A DNA stretch of 64,000 nucleotides, taken from positions 608,001-672,000 of the forward strand of contig CBDCXM010000009.1 of assembly GCA_965223855.1 (NCBI GenBank), written 5' to 3'. Shown here in pieces: positions 48,319 to 58,149 of the stretch. This stretch comes from Candidatus Multivoradales bacterium (GTDB lineage: Bacteria > Acidobacteriota > Thermoanaerobaculia > Multivoradales > JAHEKO01). The notes below the pieces were generated by a model. The model was not told where the DNA came from and made no database searches. It was given only the letters and a program-made list of their open reading frames with translations. Every line of letters starts with the position of its first letter. Within the stretch, counting starts at the first letter, position 1. Made by a program: the position numbers and the translations under genes.

Positions 48319-49251
48319 ATGTTCTCTTCGACTTCCACCAGGAGCCCTTCCCACGCCGCGGCGCTGACCGGAGCCGTCAAGCGATTCGGCGAGGTGACCG
48401 CGCTCGACAGCGTCGATCTCGTCCTGCGACGCGGCGAGGTGACCGCCCTGCTCGGCCCGAACGGTGCCGGCAAGACGACGGCGGTGCGCTCGCTGCTCGG
48501 ACTGTCCGCGCTCGACGAGGGGCGCGCCGAGATCTTCGGCGGCGATCCCGCCGATCTCTCGCGGCGCATCCGCACCGGCGCGATGATGCAAATCGCCAGC
48601 GTGCCGCCGACGTTGACGGTGCGTGAGCACGTGCGCCTGTTCTCCTCGTACTACCCCGCTCCGCTGCCGCTCGACGAGGTGCTCGCGGCAGCCGGTCTCG
48701 ACGAGTTCGCCGATCAGCACTACGGCAGGCTCTCCGGCGGACAGCAGCAGCGGTTGCTCTTCGCCCTGGCGGTGTGCGGCAATCCGGAGCTGCTGTTCCT
48801 CGACGAACCGACGGTCGGCCTCGACGTCACGCGGAGGCGCGCTTTCTGGGAGCACATCCGCACCCTCGTATCGACGGGACGCACGGTGCTCCTGACCACC
48901 CACTACCTCGAGGAGGCCGATGCCCTCGCCGACCGGATCGTCGTCATCGACCGCGGCCGGATCGTCGCAGACGGCACTCCGGACGAGATCAAGGCGCGAG
49001 CCGCCGCCCGGCGGGTCCGCTGCCGCACCTCGCTCGAGCCACCGACGATCGCCGCCTTCGCCGACGTGCAGAGGGTGCGGCGCGACGGTTCGGCGATCGA
49101 AGTCCTGACCTCTCACGCCGAAGCACTCGTACGCGAACTGCTCGCTCGCGACGCCGGCCTGACCGATCTCGAGGTGACGGGAGCCGGTCTCGAGGAAGCG
49201 TTCCTCTCCCTCACCGCATCGGTGCCCGAACTCGAAGAAGGAGCCGCCTGA
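48319..49251 (+). CDS. ABC exporter ATP-binding protein
   Basis: GPNGAGKTT, LSGGQ, LDEPT, TTHYLEEA. Confidence 0.92.
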   Translation: MFSSTSTRSPSHAAALTGAVKRFGEVTALDSVDLVLRRGEVTALLGPNGAGKTTAVRSLLGLSALDEGRAEIFGGDPADLSRRIRTGAMMQIASVPPTLTVREHVRLFSSYYPAPLPLDEVLAAAGLDEFADQHYGRLSGGQQQRLLFALAVCGNPELLFLDEPTVGLDVTRRRAFWEHIRTLVSTGRTVLLTTHYLEEADALADRIVVIDRGRIVADGTPDEIKARAAARRVRCRTSLEPPTIAAFADVQRVRRDGSAIEVLTSHAEALVRELLARDAGLTDLEVTGAGLEEAFLSLTASVPELEEGAA

Positions 49252-50051
49252 TGAACACCACCACCCTGCATGACGCCTCTGCATCCCCGGCCCGCCCGGC
49301 GCTCGGGCGGATCTACACCCTCGAGGCGAAACTCGAGTTCCTCAAGGTGCTGCGCCTGCCGGCGTTCGCCCTGCCGACGATCGCCTTCCCGGTGCTCTTC
49401 TATGCCTTCTTCGGCCTCACCTTCTCTCCGCCGGGCGGGTTCGACCTGTCGCACTACCTGCTGGCCACCTACGGTGCCTTCGGCGTCATCGGCGCCTCGC
49501 TCTTCGGCTTCGGCGTCGGGGTGGCGATCGAGCGCGGGCAGGGGTGGATGCTGCTGCGTCGCGCCAGTCCCGCCCCGCCGTCGGCCTACTTCGTCGCCAA
49601 GCTCGGCATGGCGTTTCTCTTCAGCACCATCATCGTCGCGCTGCTCTACGGCGTGGCGATCGTCTTCGGCGGCGTCGAGATGGCTCTCGCACGCTGGGCG
49701 CTTCTGGCGGCGACGCTCGTTCTCGGCAGCGTGCCTTTCTGCGCCATGGGGCTCGCGCTCGGCTATTGGTGCGGCCCCAACTCGGCGCCGGCGGTGGTGA
49801 ATCTCATCTACCTGCCGATGGGCTTCCTCTCCGGCCTCTGGATCCCCCTCCAGGTGCTGCCGGAGACGATTCAGAAGATCGCTACGATGCTGCCGGCGTT
49901 TCACTTCGCGCAGGTGGCGCTCAAGGTGATCGACATGGACGCCGGGAGCCCGCTCGGAGCGCACCTCGCCTATCTCGCTATCTTCTCCCTACTCAGCCTG
50001 GCGCTGGCGCGCCTCGGCTATCGTCGTGACGAGGACAAGACCTATGGTTAG
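49251..50051 (+). CDS. ABC-2 type permease
   Basis: About 6 TM segments, ERGQGW, FLSGLWIP. Confidence 0.88.
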   Translation: MNTTTLHDASASPARPALGRIYTLEAKLEFLKVLRLPAFALPTIAFPVLFYAFFGLTFSPPGGFDLSHYLLATYGAFGVIGASLFGFGVGVAIERGQGWMLLRRASPAPPSAYFVAKLGMAFLFSTIIVALLYGVAIVFGGVEMALARWALLAATLVLGSVPFCAMGLALGYWCGPNSAPAVVNLIYLPMGFLSGLWIPLQVLPETIQKIATMLPAFHFAQVALKVIDMDAGSPLGAHLAYLAIFSLLSLALARLGYRRDEDKTYG

Positions 50052-51831
50052 AACACTCATGGCTGGAACCACGCGCTACCTCGCGATCCTTCTCACCTTC
50101 TTCGCCGCCGTTGTCGATGCAGACGTGCTCGTTTTCGAGAACGCCCGCGTCTTCGACGGCGAGCGCCTTCACGAGAGCCTCACCGTGATCGTCGAGGACG
50201 GTGTGATCGCCTCGCTTGGGGACGATGTCGCCATCCCCGAAGGCGCGACCTCGATCGACGCCTCCGGTGCGACGCTCCTTCCCGGCTTCATCGACAGCCA
50301 CGGCCATTCGTGGGGCGACCATCTCGAGCGCGCCGCGGTGTGGGGGGTGACGACGGTGATCGACATGTTCACCGCTCCCGGGTTCGCCGCCGAGCAGAGG
50401 GCCGCGCAGGAGGCCGGCGAGGCCGATCACCGCGCCGATCTCGTCTCGGCCGGTGTGCTCGCCACCGCCCCGGGCGGGCACGGCACCCAGTTCGGCATCG
50501 AGATCCCGACCCTGACGGCGCCCGAGGAGGCCGACGGCTGGGTCGAAGGGCGCCTCGCGGAAGGCTCGGACTTCATCAAGATCGTCCTCGAAGACGGCAC
50601 GATGGTCGGCCGTCCGATACCGACCCTCGATCCACCGACCTTCAGAGCGGTCGTCGACGCCGCGCAACGCCGCGACCAGTTGGCGGTCGTCCACGCGACG
50701 ACCCTGACGATGGCCGAGCTCGCTGCCGATGCCGGAGTCGACGGTTTCGTCCACCTGTTTCGCGACGAAGCCGCCACGGAGGCGTGGATCGCCGATCTTC
50801 TCGCCGGCGGGATGTTCGTCATCCCGACCCTGACGGTGATCGAGAGCACCACCGGGACGCCTTCCGGCGCGAGCCTCGTCGAGGACGAGCGCCTCGTCCC
50901 GTGGCTGACGGCCGTGGAGCGCAGCGGGCTGACCCAGGGCTTCCCCGCCCGACCCGAGGCCAAACTCGACACCGCGCTGGCGAGCGCAAGCCGGCTCCAT
51001 GAGGCCGGCGTGCCGATCCTCGCCGGCACCGACGCGCCCAACCCGGGCACGGCACACGGTGTCAGCATGCACCGCGAGCTCGAGCTGCTGGTCGAGGCCG
51101 GCCTGACGCCCCTCGAGGCGCTGACCGCTGCCACGGCTGCGCCGGCCGACGCCTTCGCGCTCGTCGACCGTGGCCGCATCGCCCGCGGCAGGCGGGCCGA
51201 CCTGGTGCTGGTCGACGGCGACCCGACGAGCGACATCTTCGCCACCCGGGCGATTCGCGGCGTCTGGAAGCGCGGCCAGGCGGTCGCACGGCCGGAGGTC
51301 GAAGCCGGGCCCGACCGGCCGGTGGTCTCGGGAGCCCTCGCCGACTTCGACGGGGGAGAGCTGTCCGCCCTGACCGGCTTCGGCTGGATGGAGTCCACCG
51401 ACTCGATGATGAGCGGCAAGTCGACCGTCGCCCTCGAGGTGATCGCCGGCGGCGCCGACGGAAGCACCCACGCCCTGCGGGTCCACGGGGAGGTCCGTCC
51501 CGGCTTCGCCTTTCCATGGGCGGGAGCGATGTACTTCCCTGCTTCGGGGCCGATGGCGCCGGCCGACGCGTCGGGTGCCGGAGCGCTCGTCTTCCAGGCG
51601 CGGGGCGAGCCGGCGACCTACCGGGTGATGGCGTTCGCCGAGAGTCTCGGCCAGATGCCGGCCCAGGTCTCCTTCGAGGTCGGCGAGAGCTGGTCCGAGG
51701 TCTCGATTGAGCTTTCGAGCTTCCGAGGCCTCGACCCCGCCGGCCTGACCGGTTTCCTGTGGTCGGGTGGTCCGGCGACCGGGCCGTTCGACTTCGAGAT
51801 CGATCAGATCGAACTGCGGCCGGTAGACTGA
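50044..51831 (+). CDS. Amidohydrolase fused to a CIA30/CBM11-like domain
   Basis: PGFIDSHGH, FIK, VVHA, AGTDA; C-terminal WMESTD...FPWAGA...FEIDQIEL. Confidence 0.85.
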   Translation: MVRTLMAGTTRYLAILLTFFAAVVDADVLVFENARVFDGERLHESLTVIVEDGVIASLGDDVAIPEGATSIDASGATLLPGFIDSHGHSWGDHLERAAVWGVTTVIDMFTAPGFAAEQRAAQEAGEADHRADLVSAGVLATAPGGHGTQFGIEIPTLTAPEEADGWVEGRLAEGSDFIKIVLEDGTMVGRPIPTLDPPTFRAVVDAAQRRDQLAVVHATTLTMAELAADAGVDGFVHLFRDEAATEAWIADLLAGGMFVIPTLTVIESTTGTPSGASLVEDERLVPWLTAVERSGLTQGFPARPEAKLDTALASASRLHEAGVPILAGTDAPNPGTAHGVSMHRELELLVEAGLTPLEALTAATAAPADAFALVDRGRIARGRRADLVLVDGDPTSDIFATRAIRGVWKRGQAVARPEVEAGPDRPVVSGALADFDGGELSALTGFGWMESTDSMMSGKSTVALEVIAGGADGSTHALRVHGEVRPGFAFPWAGAMYFPASGPMAPADASGAGALVFQARGEPATYRVMAFAESLGQMPAQVSFEVGESWSEVSIELSSFRGLDPAGLTGFLWSGGPATGPFDFEIDQIELRPVD

Positions 51832-51837
51832 CCCAGA

Positions 51838-51877
51838 CCGACTTCCGCACTGCCTTCCGCACGGCCTTTCGCACTGC
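51838..51877. repeat. Three copies of a 12-bp tandem repeat, intergenic
   Basis: CCGACTTCCGCA CTGCCTTCCGCA CGGCCTTTCGCA CTGC. Confidence 0.7.
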
Positions 51878-51887
51878 AGACCCCGCC

Positions 51888-52982
51888 ATGCAACTCCTCC
51901 CCAGGGATCGCGAACTCGGCTGGACCCGCTACGTCTGGCTGGTCTACCTGGTGCCGGTGTTCTTCCACCCCGTCATGTCGGGGTCGGGGCGGGACTGGGC
52001 GATCGCCGCCGGGTCCGCCGCGCTCCTGGTGCCGCTCTACTTCCTCGGCTACTGGTGCACCGGTCGACGCCTGCTGGCCGTCATCGCGGGCATCACGCTC
52101 CTCGGCATTCTCACCGCCCCGCTGAACTCCGGGGCCGCCGGCTACTTCATCTATGCCGCCAGTTTCGTCGGCCGGCTGGGGCGACCGCGGGTCGGGGTTC
52201 GCTACCTCCTCGCGATCCTCTCCATCCTGCTGCTCGAAGCGTGGCTCGTTGGCTTCCCCTACCGTTCGTGGATCTGGGCGGCCGCTTTCACTCTGATCGT
52301 CGGCGGCATCAACATCCACTTCAGCGACGCGGCTCGCAGGCAGGCGAAGCTCAAGCTCGCCCACGACGAGGTCGAACGTCTAGCCACGATGGCGGAACGA
52401 GAGCGGATCGCCCGCGACCTGCACGACGTGCTCGGGCACACGCTGTCGCTGATCACGATCAAGGCGGGTCTCGCGGCGAGACTGGCGGAGGAGGATCCGG
52501 CCCGCACCCGGCGTGAGGTCGAGGAGATCGAAGAGATCGCACGCTCGGCGCTCGGCGACGTGCGCCGCACGGTCTCCGGCTATCGCTACCTCTCGCTCGG
52601 TGCCGAAGTGGCGCGCGCCAAGGTCGCGCTGGCGGCCGCCGGCATCGATACGGAAGTGCGCCCCTCGCCCTTCGACCTCGACGCCGAGCGTGAGAGCGCC
52701 CTGGCGCTGGCGCTCCGAGAGGGAGTGACCAACGTAGTGCGCCATTCGGGCGCCGAGTCGTGCCGCATCGGGTTCCGGCAGGCGGACGGGCGCTTCGAGC
52801 TCGAGATCGTCGATGACGGACGCGGCGGCGACTCGCCCGAGGGCAACGGTCTGGCCGGCATGCGCGAGCGCATCGCAGCACTCGGCGGCACCGTGATGCG
52901 GGACGGCAGCCGCGGTACCCGCCTCGGGATCGAGGTGCCGCTCGATCCCGCCACGCCGCGACGCGAGGCGATCGGCTCGTGA
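51888..52982 (+). CDS. DesK-like sensor histidine kinase (HisKA_3)
   Basis: 5 TM segments; ERERIARDLHDVLGH; EGVTNVVRH; DDGRG; GNGLAGM. Confidence 0.92.
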   Translation: MQLLPRDRELGWTRYVWLVYLVPVFFHPVMSGSGRDWAIAAGSAALLVPLYFLGYWCTGRRLLAVIAGITLLGILTAPLNSGAAGYFIYAASFVGRLGRPRVGVRYLLAILSILLLEAWLVGFPYRSWIWAAAFTLIVGGINIHFSDAARRQAKLKLAHDEVERLATMAERERIARDLHDVLGHTLSLITIKAGLAARLAEEDPARTRREVEEIEEIARSALGDVRRTVSGYRYLSLGAEVARAKVALAAAGIDTEVRPSPFDLDAERESALALALREGVTNVVRHSGAESCRIGFRQADGRFELEIVDDGRGGDSPEGNGLAGMRERIAALGGTVMRDGSRGTRLGIEVPLDPATPRREAIGS

Positions 52983-53581
52983 TCCGCATCGTCGTCGCCG
53001 AAGACCAGGCGATGGTGCGCGGCGCTCTCGCGGCGCTCCTCGAGACCGAGGGTGACCTGACTGTGGTCGCCTGCGCCGACGACGGCGAGCAGGCCCTCGA
53101 TCGGATCGCCGAGCACGACCCCGACGTCGTCGTCACAGACATCGAGATGCCCCGCCGCACCGGCCTCGAGCTGGCGAGCGAGCTGCGCTCCCGCGGGCCC
53201 CGCCCGCGGGTCCTCATCCTCACCACCTTTGCCCGCCCCGGCTACCTGCGGCGCGCCCTCGAGGCGGGCGCCTCCGGCTACCTGCTCAAGGACTCCCCCG
53301 CCTCGGAGCTCGCTCAAGCGATCCGCCAGGTCCACGCCGGCGGGCGGGCGATCGACCCCGAGCTCGCCGCCGAAGCGTGGAGCGAGCCCGACCCCCTGAC
53401 CGACCGCGAGCGTCAGGTGCTGCGGCTCGCCGGCGAGGGCAAGACCGGCGCCCGGATCGCCGCCGATCTGCACCTGTCCGAAGGGACGGTGCGCAACTAT
53501 CTCTCCGAGGCGATCTCGAAGCTCGGCGTCACCAATCGGATCGAGGCGGCGCGGCTGGCCCGGCAGCGCGGGTGGCTCTAA
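52979..53581 (+). CDS. DesR-like NarL-family response regulator
   Basis: AEDQ, TDIEMP, LTTF, GYLLKD, LuxR HTH GTVRNYLS. Confidence 0.93.
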   Translation: MIRIVVAEDQAMVRGALAALLETEGDLTVVACADDGEQALDRIAEHDPDVVVTDIEMPRRTGLELASELRSRGPRPRVLILTTFARPGYLRRALEAGASGYLLKDSPASELAQAIRQVHAGGRAIDPELAAEAWSEPDPLTDRERQVLRLAGEGKTGARIAADLHLSEGTVRNYLSEAISKLGVTNRIEAARLARQRGWL

Positions 53582-53635
53582 CCCCATCGATCCGCTCGGA
53601 AGGGAGCCGAGTCTCGACCCGGCCCGGCTTCGGTC

Positions 53636-54856
53636 TCAGTTACCGATGCACGAGAAGACGCCAGGGCCGGCGCCGAAGACGACCTGAGCCTTCCCCTGCC
53701 AATCGACCCGGCCGCAGACGGTCCCGGTCGAGGCCGTCTCACCCGGGCACCGGCCGAACTGGACGACCGGCCTCGGACCGCCGTCGCGGGGGTAGGCGAA
53801 CATCCGGCCACGGTGCATGAAGCCCGCACGATGGACGCTCGGCTGCAGTCCCCACAGCTCCTGCGGGTCGGCAACGTCGACGCTGCCTTCGAGCTCGAGA
53901 GTGAGCGCGAACTTGGAGAGGATGTGCCCCGCCCCTCGCGCCAGATCGACGAGCGAGAGGTCGCCCGCGATCCCTGCCGATGCCCCTCCCACGAGCTCGA
54001 TGTCGTCGTCGTTGCGGACGCTCTCGAGCGTCAGGAACGTCCGGGCGTCGGCCTCGAGTGTCTCCACCAGCCCCATCGCGGTCGCCTCGGACTCGGAGGC
54101 GGCCTCTCCAGCAGCGCCGGCGGTAGCCTCCTGGGCGGCCGCAACAGCCGCCTGCAACTGGTCGAGCGGTAGCCCGGCGGCGGCCAGCGCCTCCGTGTCC
54201 AGGTTGGCCATCCCCTCCATGATCTCCTGCTCCTCCTCCTCGTCGGGGACCGGCAGCTCGTCCTCCTCCAGGAGGATTCCGGTCGGGTTGTCGCTCCAGA
54301 AGGCGTAGTCACCGGAAACCTCGACGCCGCCAGCAACCCCCGCGACCGTACCCACTACCCAGCAGGCGCGCTGGAGACGGCGGAGGATCAGCTCCTGTTG
54401 AACCTCGACCCGGTAGCGGTCTACCCAGTTGTAATCCAGCTTGGCGGCTCGGACTTCGATGCCGCGACTCGACCGCAGCAGGCGGTGGAAGCGCCTCCCT
54501 CCCTGCTCACCGTCGTAGGAGTAGTAGATGAAGGCACCGGCCCCGTGCTCGGCAAGTGTTTCGGGCCATTCACTTCGGGACAGCTCTTCTCCGTCGTAGA
54601 CGACCCGGCGGATCGTGGAGACGATCTCGGCTTCGAACACGCCGACTTCCGTCGGCTTGAAGGTAGCCGTGTAGCGGATCCATCTCGTATCGGTACCGAG
54701 ATCGAGTTCGGTCGTACACCGCACCTCGTTCGCGCCGGCCGGAAGCTCCAACTCGATGGGCCCCGCCTCCAGCGAACAGGGTACCGACGCTGCAAGGGGC
54801 CCGAGGCCGGCGAGGAGGCCAAGCACCACCTGCCAGCCGAGCGTCGCCTGCCTCAC
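53636..54856 (-). CDS. Hypothetical exported protein
   Basis: GGAGGA RBS plus GTG, signal-like N-terminus. The upstream extension in the ORF track is a shadow of the cytochrome gene. Confidence 0.55.
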   Translation of the reverse strand: MRQATLGWQVVLGLLAGLGPLAASVPCSLEAGPIELELPAGANEVRCTTELDLGTDTRWIRYTATFKPTEVGVFEAEIVSTIRRVVYDGEELSRSEWPETLAEHGAGAFIYYSYDGEQGGRRFHRLLRSSRGIEVRAAKLDYNWVDRYRVEVQQELILRRLQRACWVVGTVAGVAGGVEVSGDYAFWSDNPTGILLEEDELPVPDEEEEQEIMEGMANLDTEALAAAGLPLDQLQAAVAAAQEATAGAAGEAASESEATAMGLVETLEADARTFLTLESVRNDDDIELVGGASAGIAGDLSLVDLARGAGHILSKFALTLELEGSVDVADPQELWGLQPSVHRAGFMHRGRMFAYPRDGGPRPVVQFGRCPGETASTGTVCGRVDWQGKAQVVFGAGPGVFSCIGN

Positions 54857-54984
54857 GACTCCTCCGGGACCGGCGTCGGAACGATTCGTCTTCGCATGAA
54901 AGGCCTCCTCGGACAAGGGCGGAACGTACCGATGAATCCTGCCACACACGCGAGGGCCGATCCGAGCTCGCGGAACTCGCGCGG

Positions 54985-56928
54985 TCAGCGCCGCAGATCG
55001 ACCTCCGGGGCGAGACGCAGAGCCCGCTCGCTCGCGTGCGCCGCCTCGTCGCTGCGGCCCGTCTGCTCGAGCAGCAGCGCCAGCTTGTGCCACGCCACGC
55101 CGTCGGAAGGCCAGCGCCGGGTGAGCGCCTCGAGGCCGGCCTGGGCGAGGTCGACGCGGCCGGTGCGCTCGGCGAGATCGACCCGGAGGCGCCACGGCTG
55201 CTCGGCGGACGGGAACATCTCGATCACCATCTGGCTGTCTTCGAGGGTCCCGGCGATGTCGCCGCGATCGAGCCGCAGGCGTGCACGGGCGAGGCGAGCC
55301 GAAGGGCGGGAGGGGTCGAGAGCCAGCGCGTCGCCGAGCGCCGCCAATGCCGCATCGATTTCGCCGCGGGCCATCAGCACGAGGGCGCGGGTCTCGTGCA
55401 GATCCGCCCGCGACAGGAGTGGTGTCAGCGGCGACGACGCTGTCGGCGTGACGGCGGCCTCGCTGCCCGGAGCCGGCAGACGGCCGAACCACTCCGCCGC
55501 TTCGTCGAAGCGGCCGAGCGTCGCCAGCCCCATCGCGCGCACCGCCGCCTCCCAGGTCGCGCCGGCCGGCGTCGCCAGCGCTTCCGCGATCGAGGAGCGC
55601 CCCCACAACTCCAACACGCCGTCGCGATCCTGGAACTGACGATGAGGGATGCCCTGCTCGGGCGGCGGAGTCCGGCGGCGGATCCAGTGGTCGGCGGAGC
55701 GCACGTGAGTGAGGTCGAACGGCTGGCTGCGGCGAACGTGACAGTCGACGCATCCCGCTGCGCTGCGCCCCGGCTCCCCCGTGACCGCCTCGACCTCGAG
55801 ATCCGCCGGCCGCGAGCACCCCTCCGCCTCGTGGCAGGACTGACAGCGCGCGTCGAAGGACGCGGTGCCCTGCGCCGCGACGCCGCGGTGGGCTTCGTGG
55901 CAGGTGGAGCAGGTCATCGCGGGTGAAGCGGTGAAGCAGGCGGAGAGTTCGAGACGCTCGTGCTGACCGACGAAGCGGAAGTCGTCGCCCGGGTCGCCGG
56001 CGACGAGGGTCGGCAGCCGTGCCGCCAGCGATGCGGCGCGATGGGGGCCGTTCGCCGGGCCGGTCAACTCCCATCGGAAGTCGCCCTGAAGGTGACAGCG
56101 GGCGCAGACGTCGAGCTGCACCCGCGCCGGCAGCGCGGCGAGATCGTCGAGCCCCTGGTCGAGGGCGATCTCGTCGCCGGCGACGACGGCGAGATGGAGT
56201 TCGGTCGACCCGTGGCACGCTTCGCAGCCGATGCCCCTCAGGTGATCGAACGCCTCGGCCCCCAGGGCGTTGGCGGGATAGAGGTGGTGCCCTCCGGGCT
56301 GCGAGCCGCGGTGCGCATCCGGCAGCTCGACCAGCGGCTGATCGACATGGCAGGTGAGGCAGCCCTCGGTCAGAGCGAGATCCGCTCCCGCAGCCGGTTC
56401 ACTCTCCTCGAACGGCGCCAGCACCAGCTCGCCCCCCATCGTCTCGAGCGGCGCGAAGTAGAGCCGGTCGGTCAGCGAACCGTCGACGACGTCCGCCTCC
56501 GCGGTGACCCAGGAGTTGCCGAAGTTGCCGGCGCCGATGCGGCCGACGATCTTCTGCCGCCGCATGCCGCCGTCGCTTTCGGACGTCGTCAACCACCCGC
56601 CGTCGGCCGACGCCTCCACGGTGTAGCTCCGGGCCAGGTCGGGATGCTCGACCCGTCCGGCAACCACAGCGCCCACCGGCTGTACGCTGCGCGCCATGCC
56701 GTGATCGGCGGTGTAGCTCGCGACCACGTCCGGATGGCAGCCGGCGCAGCTTTCGGCGCCCCGCGGCAGCAGAGTGTTCGCCTCGACCTCCGTCCTCGCC
56801 GCAGCCGTCGCGCTCAACGTCTCGTCGGCCGCGGGCGGCTCGGGCTGTCGCTCGGATGGCGGCTCGCCCCCGCCGCACGCCGCCAGCAGCAGGGCGAGCA
56901 GCGGCGCGCCCGTGAGGCTCAGTCTCAC
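54985..56928 (-). CDS. Multiheme c-type cytochrome lipoprotein with C-terminal TPRs
   Basis: Lipobox LAAC; seven CxxCH motifs (CAGCH, CLTCH, CEACH, CARCH, CSTCH, CQSCH, CVDCH); TPR tail. Confidence 0.85.
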   Translation of the reverse strand: MRLSLTGAPLLALLLAACGGGEPPSERQPEPPAADETLSATAAARTEVEANTLLPRGAESCAGCHPDVVASYTADHGMARSVQPVGAVVAGRVEHPDLARSYTVEASADGGWLTTSESDGGMRRQKIVGRIGAGNFGNSWVTAEADVVDGSLTDRLYFAPLETMGGELVLAPFEESEPAAGADLALTEGCLTCHVDQPLVELPDAHRGSQPGGHHLYPANALGAEAFDHLRGIGCEACHGSTELHLAVVAGDEIALDQGLDDLAALPARVQLDVCARCHLQGDFRWELTGPANGPHRAASLAARLPTLVAGDPGDDFRFVGQHERLELSACFTASPAMTCSTCHEAHRGVAAQGTASFDARCQSCHEAEGCSRPADLEVEAVTGEPGRSAAGCVDCHVRRSQPFDLTHVRSADHWIRRRTPPPEQGIPHRQFQDRDGVLELWGRSSIAEALATPAGATWEAAVRAMGLATLGRFDEAAEWFGRLPAPGSEAAVTPTASSPLTPLLSRADLHETRALVLMARGEIDAALAALGDALALDPSRPSARLARARLRLDRGDIAGTLEDSQMVIEMFPSAEQPWRLRVDLAERTGRVDLAQAGLEALTRRWPSDGVAWHKLALLLEQTGRSDEAAHASERALRLAPEVDLRR

Positions 56929-58100
56929 TCGACGGCGACGGTCAGACGCACGATCGGCGCACCATCGGAGAAGAGCCCGGTCAGAGTCTCTTCCGAGAAG
57001 TCGAACTCGAGATCGACCGGTCGGCCGGTCTCGGGATCGTGACTGCCGATCATCTTGCCGAGCTTTACGCGGCCGGTGTCGGCGGAGGCAATCACTTCGC
57101 CGCCGTCGAGCAGCTCTACCGTCGCCGCTGCGGAGCGCTGGAAGGTCGTCGCCCGCAGGTGAACGGTGACGACGAGGCGGTGCTTCCCTTTGCGCCCGCG
57201 CCGGGTCGCATCCACCAGCGCGACGCTGACGTCGTCTGCCCGGTAGGGACGCAGCTCGTCGGTGCGCCAGGCGGCCCCTTCAGGATAGCGATGCACCGGG
57301 CCGAGCTCGAACTCGAGCGTCATCGGCGACTCCATCTCGATCGTCTGGCTCGCCTCGCGCTTGCGCTCGGAGCGCACCTTCACAGCCGGCTCGGCCTTCG
57401 GCGGCGCGGGGGTGACCGGCGCAGGGGCGGCGGTCGGTGCGGGCTCCGGAGCCGACTCCTGCGGCGCGGGAGCGGGAGGCTCAGGGACCGCTTCCGGTGT
57501 TGCGGGAGCCGCCTCGACCGCCGCAGGCGAGACCGGGTCGGGCGATGCCGGCGCTGTGTCGGCGACGGGAGGCGTCTCCCTGCCGGCAGGCAGGTAGAGC
57601 GTCGCGGGCAGTGCCTCGCGGGTCGCCCAGTCGTCTGTCGACAACTCGGTGCGCTCGCGGAAACCGCCCTGTTCGAGTGCCTCGAGCGCCACGCTCAGCG
57701 AGATCTTCTCGCCGCCGCCGTCGACCATCACCCCCTCCGCAGTGACGCCGCTGAGCGAAGGGACGAAGGTCACGGTCCCGCTCTCTCCCCTGCTGGTCGC
57801 CCAGGATTCCTGCCATCGCCCGCTCGATGCATCGAAGGTGAGAAGCGCCCGTTCCCGGGAACCGTCTTCGAGTTCGCGAACCTCCTCCACCGCACAGCCA
57901 CCGAGGAGCGGCGTGAGACGGGTCGTTCCGAGCAAACGGCCATCGGCCTCGGCGACGATCCGCCATTCTCCGAGGAAGGGCGCTATGGCGCCGTAGCGCG
58001 ACTCGCTCTCGCAAACCGCATCCGCCGCACCCGCAGGAAGTGGCGCAAGCAGCAGGAAGGAGACGACTGCCGGTAGAGCCCTGGTCACGGAGCGCAGCAT
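56925..58100 (-). CDS. Exported two-domain hypothetical protein with Pro/Ala-rich linker
   Basis: Signal peptide; FLGEW...LLGGCAVEE beta-barrel-like N-domain; PEPPAPAP linker. Confidence 0.65.
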   Translation of the reverse strand: MLRSVTRALPAVVSFLLLAPLPAGAADAVCESESRYGAIAPFLGEWRIVAEADGRLLGTTRLTPLLGGCAVEEVRELEDGSRERALLTFDASSGRWQESWATSRGESGTVTFVPSLSGVTAEGVMVDGGGEKISLSVALEALEQGGFRERTELSTDDWATREALPATLYLPAGRETPPVADTAPASPDPVSPAAVEAAPATPEAVPEPPAPAPQESAPEPAPTAAPAPVTPAPPKAEPAVKVRSERKREASQTIEMESPMTLEFELGPVHRYPEGAAWRTDELRPYRADDVSVALVDATRRGRKGKHRLVVTVHLRATTFQRSAAATVELLDGGEVIASADTGRVKLGKMIGSHDPETGRPVDLEFDFSEETLTGLFSDGAPIVRLTVAVE

Positions 58101-58149
58101 CTGCGAGCAGTCTAGCAAGGGTCGTGCTTTGTCCTCCCCCGTCGAGCTG

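Noticed and set aside
45005-51877. Short tandem repeats as a CRISPR array
   Set aside because: 12-15 bp units without spacers and no cas genes
53636-56218. 860-aa ORF as a single protein
   Set aside because: The upstream half overlaps the multiheme cytochrome gene in another frame; the real start is probably GTG 54856
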